Assembly (NCBI GenBank): GCA_030390025.1
Contig: CM059438.1
Location: forward strand, 53,880,001 to 53,944,000
Length of the DNA: 64,000 nucleotides
Direction of reading: 5' to 3'
Source: Squalus acanthias
Lineage: Eukaryota
Shown here: positions 1 to 13,392 of the stretch, piece after piece
How the letters are laid out: the number at the start of each line of letters is the position of its first letter
Position numbering within the stretch: position 1 is the stretch's first letter
Made by a program: the position numbers and the translations under genes
The notes under the pieces: model-generated
Told to the model about the DNA's origin: nothing
The model's database searches: none
What the model saw: the letters and a program-made list of their open reading frames with translations, nothing else

Positions 1-795
1 CTCACTGCACAGACTCCACTGTCACACAGCTCACTGCACGGACTCCACTGTCACAGCTCACTGCACGGACTCCACTGTCACAGCTCACTGCACGGACTCC
101 ACTGTCACAGCTCACTGCACAGACTGCACTTTTACAGCTCACTGCACGGACTCCACTGTCACAGCTCACTGCACGGACTCCACTGTCACAGCTCACTGCA
201 CGGACTCCACTGTCACAGCTCACTGCACGGACTCCACTGTCACACAGCTCACTGCACGGACTCCACTGTCACACAGCTCAATGCACGGACTCCACTGTCA
301 CAGCTCACTGCACAGACTCCACTGTCACAGCTCACTGCACGGACTCCACTGTCACACAACTCATTGCACGGACTCCACTGTCACAGCTCACTGCACGGAC
401 TCCACTGTCACAGCTCACTGCACGGACTCCACTGTCACACAGCTCAATACACGGACTCCACTGTCACACAGCTCACTGCACAGACTCCACTGTCACAGCT
501 CACTGCATGGACTCCACTGTCACACAGCTCATTGCACGGACTCCACTGTCACAGCTCACTGCACGGACTCCACTGTCACACAGCTCACTGCACAGACTCC
601 ACTGTCACACAGCTCACTGCACTGACTCCACTGTCACAGCTCACTGCATGGACTCCACTGTCACACAACTCATTGCACGGACTCCACTGTCACAGCTCAC
701 TGCACGGACTCCACTGTCACAGCTCACTGCACGGACTCCACTGTCACAGCTCACTGCACAGACTCCACTGTCACAGCTCACTGCACGGACTCCAC
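1..795. repeat. Minisatellite, 27/29-bp unit (CTCACTGCACGGACTCCACTGTCA[CA]CAG), runs off the window start
   Basis: Tandem units read directly; explains the repetitive ORFs 2..223, 281..625, 364..1014 and 507..821. Confidence 0.97.
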
Positions 796-1432
796 GTGCA
801 CAGACTCCGTTCAGTCCGTAAGGGGGACCCCGAGCTCCCGGTCGCCTGTCACTTTAATTCTCCGCTCCACTCCCACTCTGACCTCACCGTCCTCGGCCTA
901 TTACACTGTTCCCCGGAAGCTCAGCGTAAGCTCGAGGAACAGCACCTCATCTTTCGTTTAGGCACCCTACAGCCCTCTGGACTCAACATCGAGTTCAACA
1001 ATTTTAGATCATAACCTCAGCCTCTATCACATTTATATATTTTTTTTATCCACCCTTTTGTTTGGCCCCCCACCCCTTTTTTTTTCCTCCCAGAAGCTGG
1101 CAGCTGTCCTTCATTCTGCCAGTGCATTTCACACTTCTTTTAGCCTCAACCTGTCACATTAACACCTCCTCTTGCCTTGATCATCTCTTAATGTCTCTCA
1201 ATGTCTCTTAATCTCTCCTTTTGTTCTTTCATCCCCTTCCCCTTTTCCCAGCTTTATCTTTGCTTTAAATCTATTTCATTTCCTGCTTTTTTCCAGTTCT
1301 GACGAAAGGTCTTCGACCTGAAACGTTAACTCTGTTTCTCTCTCCATGGATGCTGCCTGGCCTGCTGAGTTTTTCCAGCGTTTTCTGTTGTTAGTTCGGA
1401 TTTCCAGCGTCCGCAGTATTTTGCTATTGTAT
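796..1432 (+). mobile_element. Penelope-like element 3' fragment (GIY-YIG endonuclease C-terminus plus terminal repeat region)
   Basis: Translation HRLRSVRKGDPELPVACHFNS...LEEQHLIFRLGTLQPSGLNIEF matches the Penelope copy at 36468-37169; shared tail sequence. Confidence 0.88.
1295..1331 (+). ncRNA. Minimal type I hammerhead ribozyme motif in the Penelope terminal repeat
   Basis: AGTT-CTGACGA-A-AGGTC(TTC)GACCT-GAAAC-GTT-AACT: CUGANGA and GAAA cores, stems I and II, palindromic loopless stem III (ACGT). Confidence 0.78.
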
Positions 1433-1433
1433 T

Positions 1434-1828
1434 AGTGTCCATTAACATTGAGAAGTATGGGTGGGACTAACAGTGGCCATTAACATTGAGAGGAATGGCT
1501 GGGACTAACAGTGGCCATTAACATTGAGAGGAATGGCTGGGACTAACAGTGGCCATTAACATTGAGATGTATGGGTGGGACTAACAGTGGCCATTAACAT
1601 TGAGATGTATGGGTGGGACTAACAGTGTCCATTAACATTGAGATGTATGGGTGGGACTAACAGGGGCTATTAACATTGAGAGGAATGGGTGGGACTAAAC
1701 GTAGCCATTAACATTGAGATGTATGGGTGGGACTAACAGGGGCCATTAACATTGAGAGGAATGGGTGGGACTAACAGTGGCCATTAACATTGAGATGTAT
1801 GGGTGGGATTAACAGTGGCCATTAACAT
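1434..1828. repeat. Minisatellite, 38-bp unit (AGTGGCCATTAACATTGAGAGGAATGGGTGGGACTAAC), left part
   Basis: Period 38 (CAGTGGCCAT at 1471 and 1509). Confidence 0.96.
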
Positions 1829-3666
1829 ATAGATATGTGAAGAGAAAAGGATTGGTGAAGTCAAGCGTAGGTCCCTTGCAGTCAGAATCAGGGGAATTTA
1901 TAATGGGGAACAAAGAAATGGCAGACCAATTAAATACATACTTTGGTTCTGTCTTCACAAAGTAGGACACAAATAACCTCCCAGAGATGTCGGGGAACAT
2001 AGGGTCTAATGAGAGGGAAGAACTGAATGAAATCAGTATTTGTAGGGAAATGGTGTTCGGGAAATTGACGGGATTGAAGGCCGATAAATCCCCAGGGCCT
2101 GATAATCTACATCCTAGGGTACTTAAGGAAGTGGCCCTAGCAATATTAGATGCATTGCTGGTCATCTTCCAAAATTCTATCGGCTCTGGAACAGTTCCCA
2201 TGGATTGGAGGGTAGCTAATGTAACCCCACTATTTAAAAAAGGTGGGAGAGAGAAAACGGGGAATTATAGACCGGTAAGCCTGACATCGGTAGTGGGGAA
2301 AATGCTACAGTCCATTATTAAAGATGTAATTGCAGAGCACTTGGAAAACAGTGACAGGATTGGACAAAGTCAACATGGATTAACAAAAGGTAAATCATGC
2401 TTGACTAATCTACTGGAATTTTTTGAGGATGTAACTGGCAGAATAGATAAGGGAGAACCAGTGGATGTGGTGTATTTGGACTTTCAGAAGGCCTTCGATA
2501 AGGTCACGCATAAGAGATTAGCGTGCAAAGTTAAGTAACATGGGATTGGGGGTAAGGTACTGACTTGGATAGAGAACTGGTTGGCAGACAGGAAGCAAAG
2601 AGTTGGAATAAATGGGTCTTTTTCCGAGTGGCAGGCAGTGACTAGTGGGGTACCGCAGGGATCGGTGCTAGGACCCTAGTTATTCACAATATATATTAAT
2701 GATCTAGACGAGGGAACTAGATGTAATATCTCCAAGTTTGCAGACAACACAAAGCTGGGTGGGCGTGTGTGTTGTGAGGAGGATGCAGAGAAACTCCAGT
2801 GTGATTTGGACAAGTTGGGTGATTGGGCAGATGCATGGCAGATGCAGTATAATGTGGATACATGCGAGGCTATCCACTTTGGTGGCAAAAACAGGAAGGC
2901 AGATTATTATCTGAACGGCAATAGATTGGGAAAAGGGGAAGTGCAACGAGACCTGGGAATCCTTGTGCACCAGTCGTTGAAGGTAAGCATGCAGGTGCAG
3001 CAGGCGGTTAAGAAGGCAAATGGTATGTTGGCCTTCATAGCGAGAGGATTCGAGTAAAGGAGCAAGGATGTCTTGCTACAGTTGTACAGGGCCTTGGTGA
3101 GATCACACCTTGAGTATTGTGTGCAGTTTTGGTCGCCTTATCTGAGGAAGGATGTTCTTGCCATGCAGGGAGTGCAGCGAAGATTCACCAGACTGATACC
3201 TGGGATGGCAGGAATGACGTATGAAGAGAGATTGGGTCGATTGGGCTTGTATTCGCTAGAGTTTAGAACAATGAGAGGGGATCTCATTGAAACTTATAAA
3301 ATTCTAACAGGACTAGACAGACTAGATGCAGGAAGGACGTTCCCGATGGCGGGGGAGTCCAGAACCAGAGGTCACAGTCTAAGGATAAGGGGTAAGCCAT
3401 TTAGGACTGAGATGAGGAGGAATTTCTTCACCCAGCGAGTGGTGAACCTGTGGAATTCTCCACCACAGAAGGCAGTTGAGGCCAATTCATTAAATATATC
3501 AAGAAGGAGTTAGATATATTTCTTAAGGCTAAAGGGATCTAGGGATATGGGGAGAAAGCAGGGACAGGGTACTGAATTTGGATGATCAGCCATGATCTCA
3601 TTAAATGGCGGAACAGGCTCGAGGGGCCGAATGGCCTACTCCTGCTCCTATCTTCTATGTTTCTAT
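1829..3666 (+). mobile_element. 5'-truncated CR1 LINE (RT pseudogene) inserted in the minisatellite
   Basis: [31 protein letters not shown] motifs with in-frame stops; (TTCTATGT)n tail; same family as 43488-47347. Confidence 0.95.
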
Positions 3667-4748
3667 GAGAGGTATGGGTGGGAATAACAGTGGCCATTAA
3701 CATTCAGAGGTATTGGTGGGTCTAACAGTGGCCATTAACATTGAGAGGAATGGGTGGGACTAACAGTGGCCATTAACATTGAGATGTATGGGTGGGACTT
3801 ACAGTGGCCATTAACATTGAGATGTATGGGTGGGACTTACAGTGGCCATTAACATTCAGATGTATGGGTGGGACTAACAGTGTCCATTAACATTGAGAGG
3901 TATGGGTGGGACTAATAGTGGCCATTAACATTGAGAAGAATGGGTGGGACTAACAGTGGCCATTAACATTCAGAGGTATGGGTGGGACTAACAGTGTCCA
4001 TTAACATTGAGAGGTATGGGTGGGACTAATAGTGGCCATTAACATTGAGAAGAATGGGTGGGACTAACAGTGGCCATTAACATTCAGAGGTATGGGTGGG
4101 ACTAACAGTGGCCATTAACATTGAGAGGAATGGGAGGGACTAATAGTGGCCATTAACATTGAGATGTATGGGTGGGACTAACAGTGGCCATTAACATTGA
4201 GAGGAATGGGTGGGACTAACAGTGTCCATTAACATCGAGATGTATGGGTGGGACTAACAGTGGCCATTAACATTGAGAGGAATGGGAGGGACTAATAGTG
4301 TGCATTAACATTGAGATGTATGGGTGGGACTAAGAGTGGCCATTAACATTGAGATGTATGGGTGGGACTAACAGTGGCCATTAACATTGAGATGTATGGG
4401 TGGGACTAACAGTGGCCATTAACATTGAGAGGAATGGGTGGGTCTAACAGTGGCCATTAACATTGAGAGGAATGGGTGGGACTAACAGTGGCCATTAACA
4501 TTGAGATGTATGGGTGGGACTAACAGTGGCCATTAACATTGAGAGGAATGGGTGGGTCTAACAGTGGCCATTAACATTGAGATGTATGGGTGGGACTAAC
4601 AGTGGCCATTAACATTGAGATGTATGGGTGGGACTAACAGTGGCCATTAACATTGAGAGGAATGGGTGGGACTAACAGTGGCCATTAACATTGAGAGGAA
4701 TGGGTGGGACTAACAGTGGCCATTAACATTGAGAGGAATGGGTGGGTT
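3667..4748. repeat. Minisatellite, 38-bp unit, right part (degenerate units again at about 7160-7220)
   Basis: Same unit as 1434-1828. Confidence 0.96.
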
Positions 4749-4750
4749 CA

Positions 4751-6733
4751 GGCAGTTCAGGCTGGTTTGAAGAGAAAAATGGTAGCCGCCTCGCTTCCGC
4801 CACTTCTGGCGCAGCCTGCGCTGTCCGCCATTTTGGTGAGTGCGGCAGCGCGGGGTACGTGCGTGTGCCGGCGTTATGCAGAGTAGGCAGATCGTGACGT
4901 CAGTCAGTATGTAATGCTGATTTGACCCACGACCTGCCATTTTCGACGTCGTCGTTCCAATCAACGCCCTCTCCTAAACACGCACAGCTGAACGTGCGTT
5001 GAGCTGCATGAACTCCCCCACCAGCCCTATTTAAAGGGATACATCCAACTTGCAGGAAAGTTGATTGTTTCTCTTGTACTGTGCCAGCAATCTTCCAGCC
5101 ACCACGTCGAACCCGAGGGTGGCTACACGGCGACAAGGGCTATCCGCTCTGCACCTGGCTGATGACTCCCCTCCGCAACCCAACCACTCGTGGCCAGAAA
5201 TCATATAATGACAGCCATGCTGCCACGAGGAACCTCATCGAGCAGACCATCAGGGTGCTGAAGCGACGGTTCCGCTGCCTTGACCGCTCGGGAGGAGCCC
5301 TCCAGTACTCACCGGAGCGGGTTCCCAATTCGTCGTGGTCTGCTGCATTCCCTGGCCATCATGAGGGCGCAGCCCTTGCCACCGCGAGTTCTGCGACCAC
5401 CTCAGGGGGAGGAGGAGGATGCAGGGAAGAGGCAGCCTGTAAATCCCTGTTCCAGATGGCTGTCAGTGAGCGCATCATCAGACTCTGCTTCCCTTGATTG
5501 AAACCCCAGATCCTCATTGCTCAACACTTCCCCACCTTACCATCCTTCTGTCACGGGACATCACAGTGTCCTCTTGACCACAATGCTGAAATGAAAGCAA
5601 CCACAAAACAAACATTTCAAGCATAATTTATAAATGATTAATTCCAATATTACATTACAAAGTCAACTAATCTCCCTTGTGCATTCCCTTAGTGTTTGTC
5701 TTTTGTGTGCCTTTGCCTATCCTAGTGCTCCTACGAGGTGCTACCCAAGGCTCCAAGCTCTACGCAAAGCCCTGTGCCAAGTTGGTGCTGAACTCCTCGA
5801 AGTAGAGGAGGAGAGTGATAGAGAAGAAGAAATACCGTCACTCGATCTGACACTCCCGAGCCTCTGTGACCTCCCGGATGCAGCGACGGGTGGTTAACTG
5901 CGAGATGTTTGCTATGTCGCCTGTCCCAGCCGGGAAGGATCCACTGGTGAAAAAATTCAGGGCCACAGTCACCTTGAGGGCCACTGACAGTGTCGTCGTT
6001 GCCCTGCTCTGAGGCTGCAGGTCTGGTTCCCAGTGGTGGCAGAGATCCATGACCACCTCCTTGGTGAAGGGGAGCCACTGAATACACTCCTCCTGGCTTA
6101 GGTGCAGGTAGGAGAAGTGCTCCCTGGAGACTCTAGGTGGGTAAGGCCTCCTGCTGAGAGCCCTCCACCCCCTCTGAGAGCAGCTTGTCTTTGCTGCCTC
6201 TGCTCCATCTCCCCATCATGCTGCAGCGTGAGGGGGACTCCAAGCAGAGCCCCCATGACTAGGAGCAAGTGGTGTAGTCAGAGGCCTTCCATTACCAGCC
6301 AACACCTTCCCAACGTCCAGCAGCACTCCCTGCAAACTTTAACAATGTTATAAATGTCTTCCAGCAACCCAGTATTGATATAAACTCCGCAAGAGCCAGT
6401 ACAAGAGAAACAATCAACTCACCTGCAAGTTGGATGTATCCCTTTAAATAGGGCTGGTGGGGGGGTTCATGCAGCTCAAGCACGTTCAGCTGTGCGTGTT
6501 TAGGAGAGGGCGTTGATTGGAACGGCAGGTCGTACATCAAGTCAGTGTTACACGCTGACTGACGTCACCATCTGCCTACGGCCGGCGCACGCATGTCCCG
6601 CCCACGCTATTGCCCTCACCAAGATGGCGACCAGCACGGGCCACGCAGGAAGTGGGTGGAAGCGAGGCAGCTACCATTTTTCTCTCCAAACCAGCCTGAA
6701 CTGCCGGCGCTAAGGTGCCGAATTTTGTGGCCT
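4751..6733. mobile_element. Rearranged PIF/Harbinger DNA transposon with about 310-330 bp inverted arms
   Basis: Arms 4751-5081 and 6397-6705 are inverted copies. HARBI1-type transposase C-terminus on + ([10 protein letters not shown]...[23 protein letters not shown]) and N-terminus on - (LSVALKVTVALNFFTSGSF). Right terminus reads AGGCCACAAAATT on the - strand. Confidence 0.85.
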
Positions 6734-7160
6734 CTGTCCCTTCCTGTCACACTCTGCTTATCTTTATCAAAATCGCTACACTGCTCTATGGCCTTGACTT
6801 TTCTCTTCAGATTTATAAATTTCCCTTCACTTGAACCCTCCCTCCACCTTTTAGTTTAAAGCCCTATCTACAGCCCTAGATATTCAATTCGTAAGGTCCC
6901 AGCCTGGTTTAAGTGAAGCTCGTCCCAACGAAACAGCTCCCTCTTTCCCCAGTACTGGTGCCAGTGCCCCATGAATCGAAACCCCTTCCTCCCACACCAG
7001 TCCTTGACCCACGCCTTCAACTCTCTGATCTTATGGACCCGATGCCAGTTCGCGTGTGGCTCAGGTTATAATCCTTTGCCTTTGAGGCTCTGCTTATTAA
7101 TTTGGACTCTAGCTCCTCGAACTCTCTCAACCGAAGCTCATTCCTAGTTCTACCTATGTT
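6734..7160 (-). mobile_element. CR1 ORF1 (esterase) fragment
   Basis: Similar to the ORF1 3' ends at 46574-46900 and 54640-54960 (TTAGTTTAAA..CCC junction). Confidence 0.7.
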
Positions 7161-7226
7161 GTATGGGTGGATCTAAGATTGTCCATTAATATTTGGATAT
7201 ATGGATGGGTCTAACAGGATTTTAAC

Positions 7227-8830
7227 GGGAATGGTAGCATAGTGGTTTGTCACTGGACTAGTAATCCAGAAACTTGCACTAACAATCCAGAGATGTGAGT
7301 TCAAATCCCACCACGGCAGCTGGGGAATTTAAATTCAGTTAATTAAATAAATCTGGAATAAAAGCTAGTATCAGTAATGGTGACCATGAAACTACCGGAT
7401 TGTCGTAAAAACCCATCTGGTTCACTAATGTCCTTTAGGGGAGGAAATCTGCCGTTCTTACCTGGTCTGGCCTATATGTGAGTCCAGTCTACTCTCAATT
7501 ATCAGCAAAGTGATAGAAGGTGTCATCGACAGTGCTATCAAGTGGCACTTACTCACCAATAACCTGCTCACCGATGCTTAGTTTGGGTTCCGCCAGGACC
7601 ACTCGGCTCCCGACCTCATTACAGCCTTGGTCCAAACATGGACAAAGGAGCTGAATTCCAGAGGTGAGGTGCGAGTGACTGCCCTTGACAGCAATGCAGC
7701 ATTTGACCGAGTGTGGCATCAAGGAGCCCTAGTAAAACTGAAGTCAGTGGGAATCAGGGGAAAACTCTCCACTGGCTGGAGTCATACCTAGCACAAAGGA
7801 AGATGGTTGTGGTGGTTGAAGGTCAATCATCTCAGCTGCAGGAGTTCCTCAGGGCAGTGTCCTAGGCCCAACCATCTTCAGCTGCTTCATCATTGACCTT
7901 CCCTTCGTCAGAAGTGGGGATGTTTGCTGATGACTGCACAGTGTTAAGTTCAATTCACAACTCCTCAGATAATGAAGCTGTCCATGCCCGTATGCAGCAA
8001 GACCTGGACAACATTCAGGCTTGGGCCGACAAGTGTTAAGTAACATTCGTGCCACACAAGTGCCAGGCAATGAGCATCTCCAACAAGAGAGAGTCTAACC
8101 TCCACCCCTTGACATTCAATGACATTACCATCATCGAATCCCCCACCATCAACATCCTGGGGGTTACCATTGACCAGAAACTTAACTGGACCAGCCACAT
8201 AAATACTGTGACAACAAGAGCAGGTCAGAGGCTGGGTATTCTGCGGTGAGTGTCTCACGTCCTGACTCCCCAAAGCCTTTCCACCATCTACACAGCACAA
8301 GTCAGGAGTGTGATGGAATACTCGCCACTTGCCTGGATGAGTGCAGCTCCAACAACACTCAAGAAGCTCAACACCATCCAGGACAAAGCAGCCCGCTTGA
8401 TTGGCACCCCATCCACCATCTTAAACATTCACTCCTTCCACCACCGGCGTACCGTGGCTGCAGTGTGTACCATCTACAAGATGCACTGCAGCAACTCGCC
8501 AAGGCTTCTTCGGCAGCACCTCCCAAACCCGCGACCTCTTCCACCTAGAAGAACAAGGGAGGCAGATGCATGGGAACACCACCACCTCCAAGTTCTCCTC
8601 CAAGTCACACACCATCCTGACTTGGAAATATATCACCATTCCTTCATCGTCGCTGGGTCAAAATCCTGGAACTCCCTCCCTAACAGCACTGTGGGAGTAC
8701 CTTCATCACACGGACTGCAGCGGTTCAAGAAGGTGGCTCACCACCCTCTTCTCAAGGGCAATTAGGAATAGGCAATAAATGCTGGCCTTGCCAGCGACGC
8801 CCACATCCCAGGAACGAATATTAAAAAAAA
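7227..8830 (+). mobile_element. Internally deleted non-CR1 LINE with a tRNA-like 5' head
   Basis: Box A TAGCATAGTGG and box B GAGTTCAAATCC, then RT remnant ([23 protein letters not shown]) and AATAAATGCTGG...poly(A) tail; same family as 22585-26533. Confidence 0.85.
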
Positions 8831-8879
8831 TGTGATTGACTCAAACCTGCTCTGTTATTTCTTTAAGGAACTCCAGTAA

Positions 8880-9800
<921 letters not shown>

Positions 9801-9849
9801 ATCTGCTTTTTTATGATTGGGTACAAGTGTGCGAAAGTGTGCAAAGTTG

Positions 9850-11545
9850 AATGGGGTATAGTGTGTGTGAAAGGCTGGGAGTTGGATGGGGTACAGTGTG
9901 TGTGTGAAAGAGTGGGGAGTTGGATGGGGTACAGTGTGTGCGTGAGGGTGGGGAGTTGGATGGGGTACAGTGTGTGTGAGGGTGGGGAGTTGGATGGGGT
10001 ACAGTGTGTGTGAGGGTGGGGAGTTGGATGGGGTACAGTGTGTGCGTGAGGGTGGGGAGTTGGATGGGGTACAGCGTGTGTTTGAGGGTGGGGAGTTGGA
10101 TGGGGTACAGTGTGTGCGTGAGGGTGGGGAGTTGGATGGGGTACAGTGTGTGTTTGAGGGTGGGGAGTTGGATGGGGTACAGTGTGTGTGAAAGGGTGGG
10201 GAGTTGGATGGGATACAGTGTGTGTTTGAGGGTGGGGAGTTGGATGGGATACAGTGTGTGTGAAAGGGTGGGGAGTTGGATGGGGTACAGTGTGTGTGTG
10301 AAAGGGTGGGGAGTTGGATGGGGTCAGTGTGTGTGAGAGGGTGGGGAGTTGGATGGGGTACAGTGTGTGTGTGAAAGGGTGGGGAGTTGGATGGGGTCAG
10401 TGTGTGTGAGAGGGTGGGGAGTTGGATGGGGTACAGTGTGTGTGAAAGGGTGGGGAGTTGGATGGGGTCAGTGTGTGTGAGAGGGTGGGGAGTTGGATGG
10501 GGTACAGTGTGTGTATGAAAGGGTGGGGAGTTTGATGGGGTACAGTGTGTGTGAGGGTGGGGAGTTGGATGGGGTACAGTGTGTGTTTGAGGGTGGGGAG
10601 TTGGATGGGGTCAGTGTGTGTGAGGGTGGGGAGTTGGATGGGGTACAGTGTGTGTGAAAGGGTGGGGAGTTGGATGGGGTACAGTGTGTGTGAGGGTGGG
10701 GAGTTGGATGGGGTACAGTGTGTGTTTGAGGGTGGGGAGTTGGATGGGGTACAGTGTGTGTGAAAGGGTGGGGAGTTGGATGGGGTACAGTGTGTGTGAG
10801 AGGGTGGGGAGTTGGATGGGGTACAGTGTGTGTGAAAGGGTGGGGAGTTGGATGGGGTACAGTGTGTGTGAGGGTGGGGAGTTGGATGGGGTACAGTGTG
10901 TGTGTGAGGGTGGGGAGTTGGATGGGATACAGTGTGTGTGTAAGGGTGGGGAGTTGGAAGGGGTACAGTGTGTGTGAAAGGGTGGGGAGCTGGATGGGGT
11001 ACAGTGTGTGGGAAAGGGTGGGAGTTGGCTGGGGTACAGTGTGTGTGAGAGGGTGGGGAGTTGGATGGGGTACAGTGTGTGTGAAAGGGTGGGGAGTTGG
11101 ATGGGGTACAGTGTGTGAGAGGGTGGGGAGTTGGATGGGGTACAGTGTGTGAGAGGGTGGGGAGTTGGATGGGGTACAGTGTGTGAGAGGGTGGGGAGTT
11201 GGATGGGGTACAGTGTGTGTGAGGGTGGGGAGTTGGATGGGGTACAGTGTGTGTGAGGGTGGGGAGTTGGATGGGGTACAGTGTGTGAGAGGGTGGGGAG
11301 TTGGATGGGGTACAGTGTGTGTGAGGGTGGGGAGTTGGATGGGGTACAATGTGTGTGAGAGGGTGGGGAGTTGGATGGGGTACAGTGTGTGAGAGGGTGG
11401 TGAGTTGGATGGGGTACAATGTGTGTGAGAGGGTGGGGAGTTGGATGGGGTACAGTGTGTGAGAGGGTGGTGAGTTGGATGGGGTACAGTGTGTGTGAGG
11501 GTGGGGAGTTGGATGGGGTACAGTGTGTGTGTGTGAAAGGGTGGG
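9850..11545. repeat. G-rich minisatellite, about 31-35 bp unit (GAGGGTGGGGAGTTGGATGGGGTACAG(TG)n), intronic
   Basis: Read directly; unit length varies with the TG tract. Confidence 0.97.
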
Positions 11546-11921
11546 GTAGGGGGGTGTGCATGGTATGGGAATGGGGCGAGGGGAAGGGATGTGAATGGTA
11601 TGGGAATGGGGCGAGGGGTTGTGGGTCCGAAAGGTGTACATGACTATGAAGGTATCAGCGATGGTTTAGACATCAGGAGTGGCGAGGTCTTCAGAGCTGG
11701 TGAGATCGAGGGCAGGACTGTGGGTTTGGTGGGCACGGAGTTTCTGTGAATGGTAAGATTGAGTGAAGATTGGTAGGTAGAGAAGTTGGAGAGGAGGTGT
11801 GGGGAAGAAATGGCGCAGATTAAAATCACACGGCTAAGACTGGCTGTACTTGGACTCTGACACTCGGTCACTCAATGACGAGGTTGGTCACTGCCGTGTC
11901 CATTTTTGTGTCACACCACAG

Positions 11922-12159
<238 letters not shown>

Positions 12160-12828
12160 TAAACCAGAGATAGTGAAACAACAGACAGAAGGGCAGGGGC
12201 ACCCAACACCTTCATAGGGCAATACTCCGCACAACCGTTCTGGTCACAATGAGCTAACCATCCTCTCGGGGGTGGCAGGGCAGGCGGAGGGCTGGGTAGA
12301 GTGGGGATGGGCGATGCGCAGTGTGTGTAGAGCATGGGCACAGAAATAAGGACCCTTGCATTCTGTAACACTGTTTCATTGCTAGTCTTTCTCTTAAATG
12401 GGTCTGTGGCTCCAGTAAATTGGGCAGGAATGAGTTCAATCTTCACCAGCCAATAGCTGCAGTCTCCGGGCCAATCGCAGCACGGTTTACTCTCATTTCA
12501 CAATCTCTATTTATGGGATGTTGTGAAATCACCTCAATAATAAAGAATAACAATCGCACAGACCGAATCCAATTTTACATTCCCCAACACCTCTCTGCTG
12601 CCGTGACATGCAGGTACAGGGAGGGCGTGGTACCTGTTTCCAGGTGAGCTCCTCTGCTACCCGTATGCTCACTGACTGGTCTATTAGTGACAAAGGTTTC
12701 AGGTTAGCACAATCTATCAAGTCCTCACTCCACCCTGCCACCTTCCCTCACACACCAATTTATGTTTACTGCCTGTTATTACCCTTAGTCATCGACAACA
12801 CGAAAGGGTGAGGAGATCCTGTCCATCG

Positions 12829-13226
12829 GCACTGGGTCCTCTGATGTTAAATGTACATTCACTGGGTCCTCCGATGTTAAATGTACATTCACTGGGTCCT
12901 CTGATGTTAAATGTACATTCACTGGGTCCTCCGATGTTAAATGTACATTCACTGGGTCCTCTGATGTTAAATGTGCATTCACTGGGTCCTCTGATGTTAA
13001 AGGTACATTCACTGGGTCCTCCGATGTTAAATGTGCATTCACTGGGTCCTCTGATGTTAAATGTACATTCACTGGGTCCTCCGATGTTAAATGTGCATTC
13101 ACTGGGTCCTCTGATATTAAATGTACATTCACTGGGTCCTCTGATGTTAAATGTACATTCACTGGGTCCTCTGATGTTAAAGGTACATTCACTGGGTCCT
13201 CTGATGTTAAATATATCTTTACTGGG
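12829..13226. repeat. Minisatellite, 30-bp unit (CACTGGGTCCTCTGATGTTAAATGTACATT), about 13 copies
   Basis: Read directly. Confidence 0.97.
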
Positions 13227-13361
13227 CAATGTTCCCATTAAGCCCACGCAGGCCTCTCACCGGATATACAATGGAAATAATCGCGCATGTGTGAAAAATA
13301 GAATGGGCAGCGCAGCCAGTTAAAGGGCCCACGCACCCAAAATAAATTACAGGGAACATTG
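13227..13361. mobile_element. hAT-type MITE (135 bp)
   Basis: TIRs CAATGTTCCC/GGGAACATTG; 8-bp TSD TTACTGGG/TTACTGGA; relative at 38265-38426. Confidence 0.82.
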
Positions 13362-13392
13362 TTACTGGATCCTCTGATCTTAAATGTACCTT

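Noticed and set aside
364..1014. 216-aa His/Cys-rich ORF fused to a GIY-YIG tail
   Set aside because: Chance open frame through a minisatellite running into a Penelope fragment
1340..1420. Several apparent A-to-G differences from other Penelope tails
   Set aside because: Mostly CpG positions, explained by CpG decay in the other copies rather than editing
7227..7320. Possible tRNA gene (also 22585-22665)
   Set aside because: Box A/B present but no clean cloverleaf or terminator; continues into retroelement sequence
10397..11641. Long Pro/His/Thr-rich ORFs (up to 414 aa)
   Set aside because: Translations of the G-rich minisatellite, open in several frames on both strands
12785..13323. Repetitive ORFs and a superficially CRISPR-like 30-bp periodicity
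   Set aside because: Head-to-tail repeats with no unique spacers, no cas genes, eukaryotic context
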